DNA from: Eubacteriales bacterium
GTDB lineage: Bacteria; Bacillota; Clostridia; Oscillospirales; QAKW01
Direction: 5' to 3'
Assembly: GCA_045541535.1 (NCBI GenBank)
Contig: JAZQJG010000095.1
Span: 6,701 to 70,700, forward strand
DNA length: 64,000 nucleotides
This document shows, in pieces, positions 45,601 through 55,025 of this stretch (its first letter is position 1; each line of letters starts with the position of its first letter). Made by a program: the position numbers and the translations under genes. The notes beneath the pieces were generated by a model. The model was not told where the DNA came from. It ran no database searches and saw nothing but the letters and a program-made list of their open reading frames with translations.

Positions 45601-47458
45601 GATCGAACAGCTTGCCGAGCAAAACGTGGGCTTGCTTCTGCTGGCAGGTCGCAAGATCTGCAGTCTGTCCTATCGCAAGGACAGCCACGTGCTGTTGCTC
45701 AGCGCGGTGAAAAAGTTCAGAAAGCAAGAAATTAGCGACAGCCTGATTATGGAACTGGATACCCAAACCCTGGCCACCCGTCTGATCACCCGTTACACCG
45801 GCGAGCGCCATCTGGTGGCTCGTTACAGTGGGGAGCATATCGTGATCAACGGTATGTATCGGGTCAAGATCCACGACGCCCGCGGCCGCAAACTGGCCGA
45901 CGCCGGCACCCGTCCCAAAAACGTTTACGGGTTTTTACAGCCCGCCACCGAGGAAGGGTATTTTTATACCCTGGCCAATCATTTCATTTACCGCTTTGAT
46001 CGGGAGGGCCGTTGCACCAATACCTTGGATAACGGATTCTCTTCCTATAATCTGTGCTATTGTGTGGACGAGCGGGGCAGGGGATACCTGACCCGAAATA
46101 TCAAACTCAAGGAGACTCCCGTCGGTGAGCCCATTGAGGTGTTGGATACCACCAACGGCGTATTTTGTAAGATTCCCAACAACCTTACCCGTGTTGCTCG
46201 CATCCAGAGTGAAGTTTCTATGGGAGAGGTGGGCTTCAGGGTCAGTGTTTACAAATTGACCCGTTTTGAAAATGAGCGCAAAACTGCCGCTTTGGAGATC
46301 CCCTACAAGCTCTTTGTCTGCGGCTGTGATTTCACCGGCCTGAAGGGGGATCTGGCCACGCCTTACGAGCTGGGTCAGTTGGCGGGGATCGGCGCCCTTA
46401 CCGACGATTTGCCGCCTGTGGAGACCGAGGAGCGTGAACACACCGTGGATTTTGTGCCCGCCGGTGAGTCTTTTGTACCGCCCCAGGTTTGGGACGGCTC
46501 GCCCTTCCATGCCCATCCCGGGATTTCCCTGACCCTGCGGAATCTGTTCAGTGAGGCGGACGGCGGCAACAACCTCTCCGTTATTAAAACTTGGAATCGT
46601 ATCTATCGGGGCAGTTATATGCCCGAAGGCTTGGAAAGCGCCGACTATTCCATTCTGGAATGGATCAACCGTCTGGGCTTTGCCACAGCGGATATGATCT
46701 ACAATCTGGTGGAAGCGGGGCTGGTGGCCCGATCTCCCAACTACGGCAGTAGCTTTGAGAGCATTCGCAACCGTCTGGACGAGACTCTGCATCGCACCTA
46801 TCGCTTGTTGTTCCGTTACGTGGTCAACAATCAGGGGACCGAGGGGGAACTGCCCATCTACGTTATTTCCACCCCCTTCAGCACCGTTTTGATCCGCGAC
46901 TCCATTAACAGCGCCCCTTTCAAGCTCAAGGAGTACGGTCAGGTCACCGATGCCGAAAACTTCGGCCGTCTGATCCTCAACCGTTGGTTCTGCCAAACCC
47001 TGCGGCAGTATAAAGATCTGGTCAGCGACTATGCGCTGGAGACGATCTTCGACACCGATTGTCATATTTACGGTCGGGGGCGGGTCAAGGGTTATCTTTG
47101 TCTTAAAAACCAACCCATCTTTGCCCAAGCCATGCGCATCAACAATAATATTGCCGTCAAGGCCGACAAGGTCTACCGTCTTTGTCTTTTGGCGGAGAAT
47201 TATCAACAGCTCACCTGCGAGACGCTGTTGGCCGAGCCGCTGACCCGTCAGCCCGTGCTGGTGCTCATCGGTGAGAGCTTTGAGCAATGCGCCCGTCTGC
47301 AACAGGACATTGCGCAAATCGCGCCCCACGTGCGCAAGCTGTACACCTACGACCAGCTTCTGTATCCCGAGGAAAACGGCTTGCCGTCCAATCTCTACTT
47401 TGAGTTTGACGGCGACACCCCTCGTTTGGTGCGTCTGGAGGACGTTTTGGGGGAATAA
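42677..47458 (+). CDS. TIR-NACHT/STAND NTPase with beta-propeller-like repeats and a C-terminal winged-helix-like domain (NLR-like, putative defence protein)
   Basis: TIR: DFFISHNSKD, IFLD, W.YEEV. NACHT: GSEGGSGKTT, LLLLDGYNE, VVLAGR, IPMYL, YEFVHQIYRDF. Then pentapeptide-like DLSACDFSDLDL and WD-like IFAPDEGSL/VHPDGKQLA. Confidence 0.75.
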   Translation: MEYINDFFISHNSKDSAPAKELMQLLGSINPQWRIFLDCSEEHPLEAHEEWRSRMFKEAENSRYLIFIASSPEYLKEGNGWLYEEVSLFKSLKSTRFNRKVTDKNIAYFGIFLCAPDFEKDLYNDPVLGSDYRKLYDRPEHLVLGSDGIAQAAERIKAKVLHLGEAASEELSAELLDKTIRFAREKAVHDPMFCRDAIIPELMPLLRDENKNRYHFASLQELLVTTHLAVLGSEGGSGKTTLLTALFFQALDAAAAAPAEAMIPLYVDCKSLSAKEDMLLRYLAQYLYGEHTAMSDASTGATVGKLSREFSLQRTKPRYLLLLDGYNELSVEARVAFDRQLEYFSPESRYPNVRVVLAGRTVGEALQEELFLRLQLCDLKGSVIADYLKERGLQSRFTPSFFKILSIPMYLRLYVDTATDHRLRTKGELLAEFVKWQQQKETVATLQEEQRSLYRLFFDHVLPLIAHRMLSGATASTFFITPSELEELLAQIPALMGEINYKRFYGSEYRDRLRTSKLLEYDELDLYDLVTEYLAHSCKLLRQNAEDAYEFVHQIYRDFFCALFVSDGIRRTLSERGGPCGDLSGAMLEPDTAEFVVERLQEQKPEFDWEAERWSYACNESSYLIRMLDSVRANGQQGDTVLIANLVALLRQARKDDLSACDFSDLDLRESALQTCVFSRYDTAGVYAACFKNATIDRRNLYPGNHFAPICAACTGKEIMAAVDESGVIMLRPIANVNAYPFKVITGADPSIKVLIFAPDEGSLYAMTAHRILQIPIPDEAFSTARIRVLYETREQLQDIRMDEQGEIYCQTAFNSFNPKPLSDPEQADTVDFAGLNTAAAVHPDGKQLAFGNVAGYYGLKLYNLDETTGEWLEQSIGYSRLLAEYIAALEAELRFFRLYYIFPDDDPSPVKAEDHRRSFFAHLQMQFEDREHDYEQMPDLVIKRILRELRRNDITLFKNQLMRLYGIVNTYRDKIEQLAEQNVGLLLLAGRKICSLSYRKDSHVLLLSAVKKFRKQEISDSLIMELDTQTLATRLITRYTGERHLVARYSGEHIVINGMYRVKIHDARGRKLADAGTRPKNVYGFLQPATEEGYFYTLANHFIYRFDREGRCTNTLDNGFSSYNLCYCVDERGRGYLTRNIKLKETPVGEPIEVLDTTNGVFCKIPNNLTRVARIQSEVSMGEVGFRVSVYKLTRFENERKTAALEIPYKLFVCGCDFTGLKGDLATPYELGQLAGIGALTDDLPPVETEEREHTVDFVPAGESFVPPQVWDGSPFHAHPGISLTLRNLFSEADGGNNLSVIKTWNRIYRGSYMPEGLESADYSILEWINRLGFATADMIYNLVEAGLVARSPNYGSSFESIRNRLDETLHRTYRLLFRYVVNNQGTEGELPIYVISTPFSTVLIRDSINSAPFKLKEYGQVTDAENFGRLILNRWFCQTLRQYKDLVSDYALETIFDTDCHIYGRGRVKGYLCLKNQPIFAQAMRINNNIAVKADKVYRLCLLAENYQQLTCETLLAEPLTRQPVLVLIGESFEQCARLQQDIAQIAPHVRKLYTYDQLLYPEENGLPSNLYFEFDGDTPRLVRLEDVLGE

Positions 47459-47468
47459 AAGACCTGTT

Positions 47469-47497
47469 GAGGCACACTCCGTAAGGGAGTGTGCCTC
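47469..47497 (+). terminator. Hairpin after the NLR-like gene
   Basis: GAGGCACACTCC-gtaag-GGAGTGTGCCTC. Confidence 0.6.
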
Positions 47498-47540
47498 CGT
47501 TATATTCGCCTGACGGCGAAGATAATATCACTGAAACCGC

Positions 47541-47569
47541 TTGGTCGTCTTTTTTATTGGTGACCCAGC
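47541..47569 (-). repeat. Duplicated tRNA-Lys 3' end plus half terminator (att-like scar)
   Basis: TTGGTCGTC(T)nATTGGTGACCCAGC matches 47872-47901, with a slightly shorter T run. Confidence 0.85.
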
Positions 47570-47852
47570 AGTCGGCTGCAACCGATCAAACGGCGCCCTC
47601 GTGCATCCAAAGGAAAATGCACGTTCGGGCTTGTTTTCTCGGGCATCCGTTGCATGGCAACTTCTAAACTAAATTTGCAATTCGCATTTGCTCTTGCAAA
47701 TTTAAGAAGTTGCACAAGCGGAGAATCGAACTCCCGACCGTCCGCCTTGCGGCGACGGTCGCAGACCGGGATGTCCAAGCCGTCCCGCCCCTTGCGGGGC
47801 AACCGACGGCCATGGACAAATGGTGTCCGGAGTTCGGTTTCGTAGAATGAGC

Positions 47853-47889
47853 AATAAAAAAAGACGACCTGTTGGTCGTCTTTTTTTAT
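47853..47889 (-). terminator. tRNA terminator
   Basis: AATAAAAAAAGACGACC-tgtt-GGTCGTCTTTTTTTAT. Confidence 0.85.
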
Positions 47890-47965
47890 TGGTGACCCAG
47901 CGGAGAATCGAACTCCGGACACCATGATTAAAAGTCATGTGCTCTGCCAGCTGAGCTACTGGGTC
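47890..47965 (-). tRNA. tRNA-Lys(UUU)
   Basis: Reverse complement GACCCAGTAGCTCAGCTGGCAGAGCACATGACTTTTAATCATGGTGTCCGGAGTTCGATTCTCCGCTGGGTCACCA: 76 nt, anticodon TTT, encoded CCA. Confidence 0.96.
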
Positions 47966-48232
47966 GTTGGGGTTTTGAAATTCGTGCTTATATATTCTAT
48001 CAGCCGCGGGGTGTTTTGTCAAGCCAAAAAACGGAAAAAATGTAAAAATGTAAAAAAATAAAGGAATTTTGTTTTTTCCGTCGTATATGGTTTATGAGGA
48101 TATTTTTTGTGGTATTTTCCCAAATGTACGCTTTTTGTCCCACAAGATGTCGTATACTGTAAAAAATTTAAAGGAATTTTTGCAGAAAGGGAGTATTACA
48201 GAATGAGAGACTTTGAAAGGAGGGTCGGTAAG

Positions 48233-49222
48233 GTGATCTATCGTGAGATCAGAGAACAATGGGAGCGGGAGCATTTGAGCCCGTATGCCTTCCGTGCGGT
48301 AGATTCTGCAGGGCGGAGCGAGCCCTTGGAGCCCTGTCCCATGCGCACCTGCTTTTGCAGAGATCGGGACCGCATTATTCACAGCAAGGCCTTTCGCCGT
48401 ATGAAGCACAAGACCCAGGTGTTTCTGAGCCCTCAGGGGGATCATTACCGCACCCGCCTGATTCATACGCTGGAGGTCAGTCAGATCTCCCGTGATCTGG
48501 CCAGAGCCCTGCGGCTCAACGAGGATCTGACCGAGGCCATTGCCCTGGGCCACGATCTGGGCCACACCCCCTTCGGTCACGCAGGGGAGCGGGTGCTTAA
48601 CGAGCTGTGTCCTTTTCCCTTCAGCCATAACGAGCAAAGCGTGCGCACCTGTGAAAAGTTGGAAAAGCTCAACCTGACGGCGGAGGTGCTGGACGGTATT
48701 CGTTGTCACAGCGGGGACAAGCTGTCCCAAACCCTGGAGGGACGTATCGTTCGTATTGCCGACCGCATTGCCTATATCAATCACGACATTGACGACGCCA
48801 TCCGCGGCGGTATTATCCGTGCGGAGGATCTGCCGGCCTCCACGGCGGAAATTCTGGGAGACAATCCCAGTCAGCGTATTAACAGTATGATCATCGGTAT
48901 CCTTTCTCACTCTACGGGGAAAAATGATATTGTGATGGATCCTGTGGTGCTTGCGGCAATGAACGAGTTGCGGGCATATCTGTTTGAAAACGTATATTTC
49001 GGCTCCCGCGCCAAGGAAGAGGAGAACAAGGCGGAGCGTATGATCGCCGCCCTCTATCATTATTTTACCGAACATTCCGAAAAAATACCCGAGGAATATC
49101 ATTTTATTTTGCAAACCGAGGGCAAGGAAAGAGCCGTGTGCGACTATATTTCGGGAATGAGTGACGTGTACAGTGTCAATCTCTACCGTCAGCTCTTTAT
49201 CCCCAAGAGTTGGGAGGGTTGA
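48233..49222 (+). CDS. dgt: Deoxyguanosinetriphosphate triphosphohydrolase-like HD protein
   Basis: RDRDRIIHSKAFRR.KHKTQV, RTRLIHTLEV, HDLGHTPFGH and DYISGM. GTG after AAGGAGG (alternative ATG at 48203). Confidence 0.92.
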   Translation: MIYREIREQWEREHLSPYAFRAVDSAGRSEPLEPCPMRTCFCRDRDRIIHSKAFRRMKHKTQVFLSPQGDHYRTRLIHTLEVSQISRDLARALRLNEDLTEAIALGHDLGHTPFGHAGERVLNELCPFPFSHNEQSVRTCEKLEKLNLTAEVLDGIRCHSGDKLSQTLEGRIVRIADRIAYINHDIDDAIRGGIIRAEDLPASTAEILGDNPSQRINSMIIGILSHSTGKNDIVMDPVVLAAMNELRAYLFENVYFGSRAKEEENKAERMIAALYHYFTEHSEKIPEEYHFILQTEGKERAVCDYISGMSDVYSVNLYRQLFIPKSWEG

Positions 49223-50973
49223 TGATGCCGAGATTTGACGATCAGTTTATTTCTGAGCTCAAGGCCCGCACTGACGTGGTGGATCTGATTTCCCAGTTTG
49301 TCACCCTCAAGCGGGCGGGGAGCCGTCTGGTGGGATTGTGCCCCTTCCACAGTGAGAAAACCGGCTCCTTTACCGTCTTTGCCGACAACGGCTCCTACTA
49401 TTGTTTCGGTTGCGGCGCCGGCGGCGACGTGATCACTTTTACGATGAATATGGAGCATCTGGACTACGTGGATGCCGTAACATTGCTGGCTCAACGGGCC
49501 CATCTGCCCTTGCCGGAGGACGGGAGCGGGGATCGGTCGGTAAACAAGCGCAGTCGTCAGCTTGAAATGAACAAGCTGGCTGCCCGCCGCTTTTTTGCCA
49601 ATCTGAAAAATCCTGCCACGCCCCAGGGAATGCAGTATTTTCTCGGCCGTGGCCTGAGTCGGGAGACCATCACCCGTTTCGGTCTCGGCTTTGCCGCAGA
49701 CAGCTTTACCGATTTGCGGGATCACCTGCGGGCGGCAGGCTACAGCTATGAGGAAGCCTTTGAGGCAGGCCTGTTGATGCGTTCCGAGAAAAACGGTAAT
49801 TATTACGACAAATTCCGCAATCGGGTGATGTTTCCCGTCATTGACGTGCGGGGCAACGTGGTGGCTTTTTCCGGCCGTGTGCTGGATGACAGCAAGCCTA
49901 AATATATGAACTCCCCCGAAACGCTGGTGTACAAAAAGGGCCAGACGGTCTTCGGTCTCAATTTTGCCAAGCAGAATACCGACGGCCGCATCATTCTGGT
50001 GGAGGGCAATCTGGACGTGGCCTCCCTGCATCAGGCGGGCTTTAGCGGGGCGGTGGCACCTCTGGGTACCGCCTTTACCAAGGATCAGGCCCGTATGATC
50101 TCCAAATACGCTTCCACCGTGGTGGTCGCCTTTGATATGGACAAGGCGGGACTCAAGGCCACGGATAAGGCCATTGCCTATCTGGAGGAATTGGGGGTCA
50201 CGGTGCGAGTTTTGCAGATGATGGGCGCCAAGGACCCCGATGAATTTATTAAAAAATACGGTAAGGTACAGTTTGAACGGCTGATCAACGGCTCCAAAAA
50301 TCCGGTGCAGTACAGTCTGGACAAGCTGGCCGCCGGCCGTGATCTCAGCGACATTACCCAGCGCACCGAATACGTGCGTAAGGCGGTGGCGGTGGTGGCG
50401 CAGATTCCCTCGGAGATCGAGCGGGATATGTTCGCCAAAATTCTGGCCAAGCAGGCCGACGTCAGCGTGGACAGCGTCCGTTCCGAGATCAAGCGGGCCC
50501 GTACCCGCTATGTAAAACAGGTAAAGCAACAGCAATTGGATGCGGCATCTCCCGGCTTTGCGCCGGTGGATCGGGTCAACACCCAGCGCTCCTCCAATCT
50601 GCGTGCGGCCAAGGCGGAGGAGGGCATCATCGCCCTGCTGGCCAAATTTCCCGACCGCGCCCCTTGGTTGCGGGAACGGCTGAAATCGGAGGATTTTATC
50701 ACCGATTTTAATCGGCGGGTATATGATTTCTTTATGGAAAAAATTGCCCAGGGCGTCACCCCCGAAGCCCTGATCAGCGCTCATTTTGAGGGGGCAGAGG
50801 TGGCGCGGATCGTGCAGATGCTCAATACCGTGGTTTGCGCGGGGGATCCGATGGGTCAGTTTGAGGATTATCTGCGCGTCTTACGCGCCGAAGGAAACAA
50901 GAAAACCGAAGTGGGGAAACAGAGCCCCGAGCAGTTACAAAAAATGTTGGAACAAAAGAAAAGGAGAGATTAA
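49222..50973 (+). CDS. dnaG: DNA primase
   Basis: CPFHSEKT...CFGC zinc finger, FRNRVMFP, KYMNSPET, TOPRIM VEG..D and FDMDKAG. Confidence 0.96.
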   Translation: MMPRFDDQFISELKARTDVVDLISQFVTLKRAGSRLVGLCPFHSEKTGSFTVFADNGSYYCFGCGAGGDVITFTMNMEHLDYVDAVTLLAQRAHLPLPEDGSGDRSVNKRSRQLEMNKLAARRFFANLKNPATPQGMQYFLGRGLSRETITRFGLGFAADSFTDLRDHLRAAGYSYEEAFEAGLLMRSEKNGNYYDKFRNRVMFPVIDVRGNVVAFSGRVLDDSKPKYMNSPETLVYKKGQTVFGLNFAKQNTDGRIILVEGNLDVASLHQAGFSGAVAPLGTAFTKDQARMISKYASTVVVAFDMDKAGLKATDKAIAYLEELGVTVRVLQMMGAKDPDEFIKKYGKVQFERLINGSKNPVQYSLDKLAAGRDLSDITQRTEYVRKAVAVVAQIPSEIERDMFAKILAKQADVSVDSVRSEIKRARTRYVKQVKQQQLDAASPGFAPVDRVNTQRSSNLRAAKAEEGIIALLAKFPDRAPWLRERLKSEDFITDFNRRVYDFFMEKIAQGVTPEALISAHFEGAEVARIVQMLNTVVCAGDPMGQFEDYLRVLRAEGNKKTEVGKQSPEQLQKMLEQKKRRD

Positions 50974-50976
50974 AGT

Positions 50977-52167
50977 ATGGCTGCACACGTAGAAAAGAAA
51001 GCACTGAAGGATCTGTTGGAAACCGGTAAGCAAAAGGGATCGCTGTCCAACAGAGAAATTCTGTACGCCTTGGATGATATCGCCGTAGAGCCGGAGGAAA
51101 TGGATCGGTTTTACGAGGCTTTGGAAGAGGCGGGCGTTGAAGTCGTGGAGGATTCTCTGGAGGAGGAACTGGCCGACATCAACGTTGACGCCATCAACAA
51201 CACCGAAAACGGTATGACTACCGACGAAGATTCCGACAACGCCGTAGTGGCCGATTACGGCGTGGTGGACGACCCCGTAAAGGTTTATCTGAAGGAAATC
51301 GGTAAGGTGCAGTTGCTCTCCGCAGATGAGGAGATCGAACTGGCCAAAAAGATGATGGACGGTATGAAGGCGGAAGAGCTGATTGCCGATTGCGAGGACG
51401 AGGAAGAAAGAAAGTTTTTGCAAAAGCAGATCAACGCCGGTAAACGGGCCAAAAACCGTTTGTCCGAGGCCAACCTGCGTCTGGTCGTTTCCATTGCCAA
51501 GCGTTACGTGGGTCGCGGTATGCAATTTTTGGATCTGATTCAGGAGGGTAATCTGGGTCTGATCAAGGCCGTTGAAAAGTTTGATTACGAAAAGGGCTAC
51601 AAGTTCTCCACCTACGCCACTTGGTGGATCCGTCAGGCTATTACCCGTGCCATCGCCGATCAGGCCCGTACCATCCGTATTCCCGTGCATATGGTGGAAA
51701 CCATCAACCGTGTTATGCGTGTTTCCCGTCAGTTGGTACAGGAACTGGGCCGTGATCCCACCAGCGATGAGATCGCCAAGGAAATGGGCTACGGCGAGGA
51801 CAAGGTCAGAGAGATCATGAAGATCGCTATGGACCCCGTTTCTCTGGAAACCCCCATCGGTGAAGAAGAGGACAGCCATCTGGGCGACTTTATTCCCGAT
51901 GAGGATATCCCCGCACCCGTGGAGGCTACCGCTCACATTATGCTCAAGGAGCAGTTGACCGAGGTACTGGGCACCCTGCACGAAAGAGAGGCAAAGGTGC
52001 TGGAGCTGCGCTTTGGCTTGGTGGACGGCAGACAGCGCACGCTGGAGGAAGTCGGTAAGGAATTCAACGTTACCCGTGAGCGTATCCGTCAGATTGAGAG
52101 CAAGGCGCTGCGCAAACTGCGCCATCCTTCCCGCTCCAAAAAACTGCGTGATTTTATTGAAATGTAA
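50977..52167 (+). CDS. rpoD: RNA polymerase primary sigma factor
   Basis: [39 protein letters not shown] and [15 protein letters not shown]. Confidence 0.97.
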   Translation: MAAHVEKKALKDLLETGKQKGSLSNREILYALDDIAVEPEEMDRFYEALEEAGVEVVEDSLEEELADINVDAINNTENGMTTDEDSDNAVVADYGVVDDPVKVYLKEIGKVQLLSADEEIELAKKMMDGMKAEELIADCEDEEERKFLQKQINAGKRAKNRLSEANLRLVVSIAKRYVGRGMQFLDLIQEGNLGLIKAVEKFDYEKGYKFSTYATWWIRQAITRAIADQARTIRIPVHMVETINRVMRVSRQLVQELGRDPTSDEIAKEMGYGEDKVREIMKIAMDPVSLETPIGEEEDSHLGDFIPDEDIPAPVEATAHIMLKEQLTEVLGTLHEREAKVLELRFGLVDGRQRTLEEVGKEFNVTRERIRQIESKALRKLRHPSRSKKLRDFIEM

Positions 52168-52179
52168 GAGGGACCGTTT

Positions 52180-53793
52180 ATGTCCGAACAAACCTTTTAT
52201 TTTTGGCGTGGCTGTCCGTTATGGCTGGAGAGTCGGGCCGAGGGAGCGACGTGGCAGTTGTTGCTCCGCAATACCGGTTGGCAGGAGATTGGCGGTCTGA
52301 CCCTGTGGGCAGACGGTACTTTGTACGAATACACCCAACCCCTTGCCGCCGGCGCGACCGAAACCTGGCAGGTGGGTTGCTCCGAGCCGGAGTCGTTTAT
52401 GCCCGTTTGTGTCCGTTTTACCGATGGGGTGGAATGGACCAACGACCAACCGGGTATGGTGATCGGGCCGCCGCAGGCACCCGACACAACCCAGGAATTT
52501 TTTGAAGAATTTGCCGAGGCGTGGAAGGATACTGCGCCTCTGTATCAGCCCGAACAGCATAAAGATTATTGGCGCTGTGGCTGTGGGCAGATCAATGATG
52601 CCGCCCACGTCTGTTGTAACCGATGCCTGAAGAGCCGTCAATGGGTGCAGGAGCATCTGGATGCACAGCGTACCCACGAAACGCTCTTGAAAAAGGCGGC
52701 CCTTGCGGCCGATATGGCCAAACAACAGGCAGAGCTGGAGGCCCGTCTTAAGCAAAAGAAGAAAAAGATCCGCCGTTGGTGTTCTCTGGGCGTGGCCTCT
52801 TTGGCTCTGGTGTTGGCTTTGGTGCTGGTGATCAATCTGTTGTTCATCCCCGGCCGCCATTATGCCAAGGCTTCCGCTTATCTGGCGCTGGATCGCTTTT
52901 ACGAGGCCTATACCGAGTTTGAACTGGCCGGTAATTATCGGGACAGCGAGGCTCAACTGGTGGAGATCTCCCGTCGGCTGAGTGGGGAAACCTCCATTTC
53001 CGCCGGTAAGCGCCACGTGGTCAAAAACAATCGGCAGGGAAAAACCGAGGGTGTGGGCTATGCGTTGGACACCCAACTGATGGTGGACAAGTGGAACGCT
53101 ATCCGCGCCGTTTCCTGCGGTAAGGATCACACCCTGGGCCTGCATTACAGCGGCACCGTAATGGCGGTGGGTAACAAAAAGACCGGAGCATTGAACGTAA
53201 AGAATTGGCTCAATATGATTGCCGTGGGCGCCGGCGACGGATTTTCCGTCGGCCTGCAAAAGGACGGCAAGGTGCTGGCTGTGGGTCAGAACGGAAAGGG
53301 TCAATGCAACGTGAAGGGGTGGACGGATATCACGGCCATCGCCGTGGGTGAGGACTTCACCTTAGGTCTCAAGGCCGACGGCACTGTGGTAGCCACCGGT
53401 AATAACGATGCCGGTCAATGTGACGTTTCCCAGTGGAAAGATATTATCTTTATAGCGGCGGGTAACTCCCACGCCTTAGGTCTCAAGGCTGACGGCACCG
53501 TGGTGGCCGCCGGTGAGAATAAACATAAGGAGATTGAGGTTTCCGGGTGGCAGGATATCATCGCCCTAGCCGGCGGTGACGGCTTTACTTTGGGACTGAA
53601 ATCCGACGGTACCGTGGTTGCCACGGGCAAAAACGATCGGGGCCAGACTGAGGTGGAGGGCCTGCGTGATATCATTGCCATTACCTGCGGTTGGGATTTT
53701 GCCGTCGTGGTTGACGGTAACGGTACCCCTGTATATCTGGGAACCGACGCCGACGGCGAGAGCAAATTTTCCAATTGGACGTTGCATATGTGA
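52180..53793 (+). CDS. Membrane protein with zinc ribbon and extracellular RCC1-like repeats
   Basis: WRCGCGQIN...CNRC, a coiled coil, one TM, and repeated LGLK.DGTVVA.G.N..GQ..V..W.DI. Confidence 0.8.
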   Translation: MSEQTFYFWRGCPLWLESRAEGATWQLLLRNTGWQEIGGLTLWADGTLYEYTQPLAAGATETWQVGCSEPESFMPVCVRFTDGVEWTNDQPGMVIGPPQAPDTTQEFFEEFAEAWKDTAPLYQPEQHKDYWRCGCGQINDAAHVCCNRCLKSRQWVQEHLDAQRTHETLLKKAALAADMAKQQAELEARLKQKKKKIRRWCSLGVASLALVLALVLVINLLFIPGRHYAKASAYLALDRFYEAYTEFELAGNYRDSEAQLVEISRRLSGETSISAGKRHVVKNNRQGKTEGVGYALDTQLMVDKWNAIRAVSCGKDHTLGLHYSGTVMAVGNKKTGALNVKNWLNMIAVGAGDGFSVGLQKDGKVLAVGQNGKGQCNVKGWTDITAIAVGEDFTLGLKADGTVVATGNNDAGQCDVSQWKDIIFIAAGNSHALGLKADGTVVAAGENKHKEIEVSGWQDIIALAGGDGFTLGLKSDGTVVATGKNDRGQTEVEGLRDIIAITCGWDFAVVVDGNGTPVYLGTDADGESKFSNWTLHM

Positions 53794-54047
53794 TGGAAGA
53801 GAACAATTTTGCCTATATGCTCCGCTGTGCCGACGGCACCTTTTATTGCGGCTGGACCAACCGTTTGGAAGAACGGTTGGCCACCCACAACGCCGGCAAG
53901 GGCGGCAAATACACCCGCTCCCGTCTTCCGGTGGAGTTGGTCTATTTTGAGACCTTTGCTACCAAGGAGGAGGCTATGAGCCGTGAATGGCATCTCAAGC
54001 GCCTCTCCCGCACCGAAAAAGAAAACCTAATCTGTAAAAAGAAATAA
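53793..54047 (+). CDS. GIY-YIG nuclease family protein (YazA-like)
   Basis: [16 protein letters not shown]...[11 protein letters not shown]...A..RE..LK. Confidence 0.9.
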   Translation: MEENNFAYMLRCADGTFYCGWTNRLEERLATHNAGKGGKYTRSRLPVELVYFETFATKEEAMSREWHLKRLSRTEKENLICKKK

Positions 54048-54082
54048 AAAGCACCGCAATGCGTTTGCATTGCGGTGCTTTT
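54047..54082. terminator. Bidirectional terminator
   Basis: AAAAGCACCGCAATGC-gttt-GCATTGCGGTGCTTTT. Confidence 0.9.
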
Positions 54083-54086
54083 GTAT

Positions 54087-54878
54087 TCATTTTATCTTTT
54101 CTTCGCTGGGCAGAATGGAAAAATGTTTTTTGTATACCTTGGCAAAATAGGGGGCGGAGGAATAGCCGCAGGCCTCCGCCGTTTCGGTCACCGAGGAACC
54201 ACTGCGCAGCATTTGCCGTGCGGTGTCACAGCGTACGTTTTGCCAGTACAGGGCAGGGGTGGTGCCGGTGACCTCTTTAAAGGTGTGACACAGGCGGTCA
54301 CGGCTGATCCCTACGGCAGCGGCAATGTCGTCAATGCAGATTTTTTCGCCGAAATGGTGCTGGATATAGCGGATGGCGGCCCGTACTGTCAGATTTACGG
54401 AGCGGGAGTCTTCTACCGTTTGCTCACTGCTCAGTGCCGCCAAGGCCGCATACATCTGCAACAGCAGTCCGAGCACCGTCTCCTCATAAAAGGGCGGCCG
54501 GGCTTGATAAACCTCCCAGGCCTTTTGATACAGCGCTATACATTCCTTGTTGTCGGTCATATAGGGGAGTGGGGAGTTGAAAAAACTTTGCTTGGGGAAA
54601 AGGTTTTCATCCAACAGCAGGCAATAGTACTTGGCCGGCCGATTCCCCACACGGAAGGCGTGTGAGTGGGTGGAGTGGATTATGTACATTTCCCCCGGCT
54701 TTGCCACAAAGGTTTTGTTGTTGTTCCGGATCTCTACCAGTCCCTCCAACATCAGCAATATTTCCACCGATTTATGCCAGTGGGAATAATAGATTTCCTG
54801 GGGCGGCCACTGGTCAATTTTGAATACGATGGGCAGTTTGTCCGTCTCATAACGGTCTCTCCAGTACTGATAACGCAT
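54087..54878 (-). CDS. AraC family transcriptional regulator (cupin plus HTH)
   Basis: HWHKSVE cupin and SVTETAEACGY...YF.KV.KK. Confidence 0.9.
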   Translation of the reverse strand: MRYQYWRDRYETDKLPIVFKIDQWPPQEIYYSHWHKSVEILLMLEGLVEIRNNNKTFVAKPGEMYIIHSTHSHAFRVGNRPAKYYCLLLDENLFPKQSFFNSPLPYMTDNKECIALYQKAWEVYQARPPFYEETVLGLLLQMYAALAALSSEQTVEDSRSVNLTVRAAIRYIQHHFGEKICIDDIAAAVGISRDRLCHTFKEVTGTTPALYWQNVRCDTARQMLRSGSSVTETAEACGYSSAPYFAKVYKKHFSILPSEEKIK

Positions 54879-55025
54879 CTTTCCCTCCCAATAGCAAGAT
54901 AGTGTTCATAATTGACAAGAAATTACCTTGAAAATTACCTTTTTTAATATTATACTGTTATTATACTACAAAAGCAAGTAATAAAAGTAATTTATGATAT
55001 TTCGGCGGTGAAAGGAGCGGTTTTG

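Noticed and set aside
42677-47569. NLR-like gene as cargo of a tRNA-Lys-integrated island
   Set aside because: The duplicated tRNA 3' end lies between the tRNA and this gene, so the gene is outside the repeat pair. No integrase is present.
47541-47735. Second functional or intron-containing tRNA
   Set aside because: Only 3'-half fragments are present. There is no D-arm or anticodon arm, and the insert is too short for a self-splicing intron.
48233-49222. dGTPase as an anti-phage defence gene
   Set aside because: It is the short form in the usual housekeeping dgt-dnaG-rpoD context.
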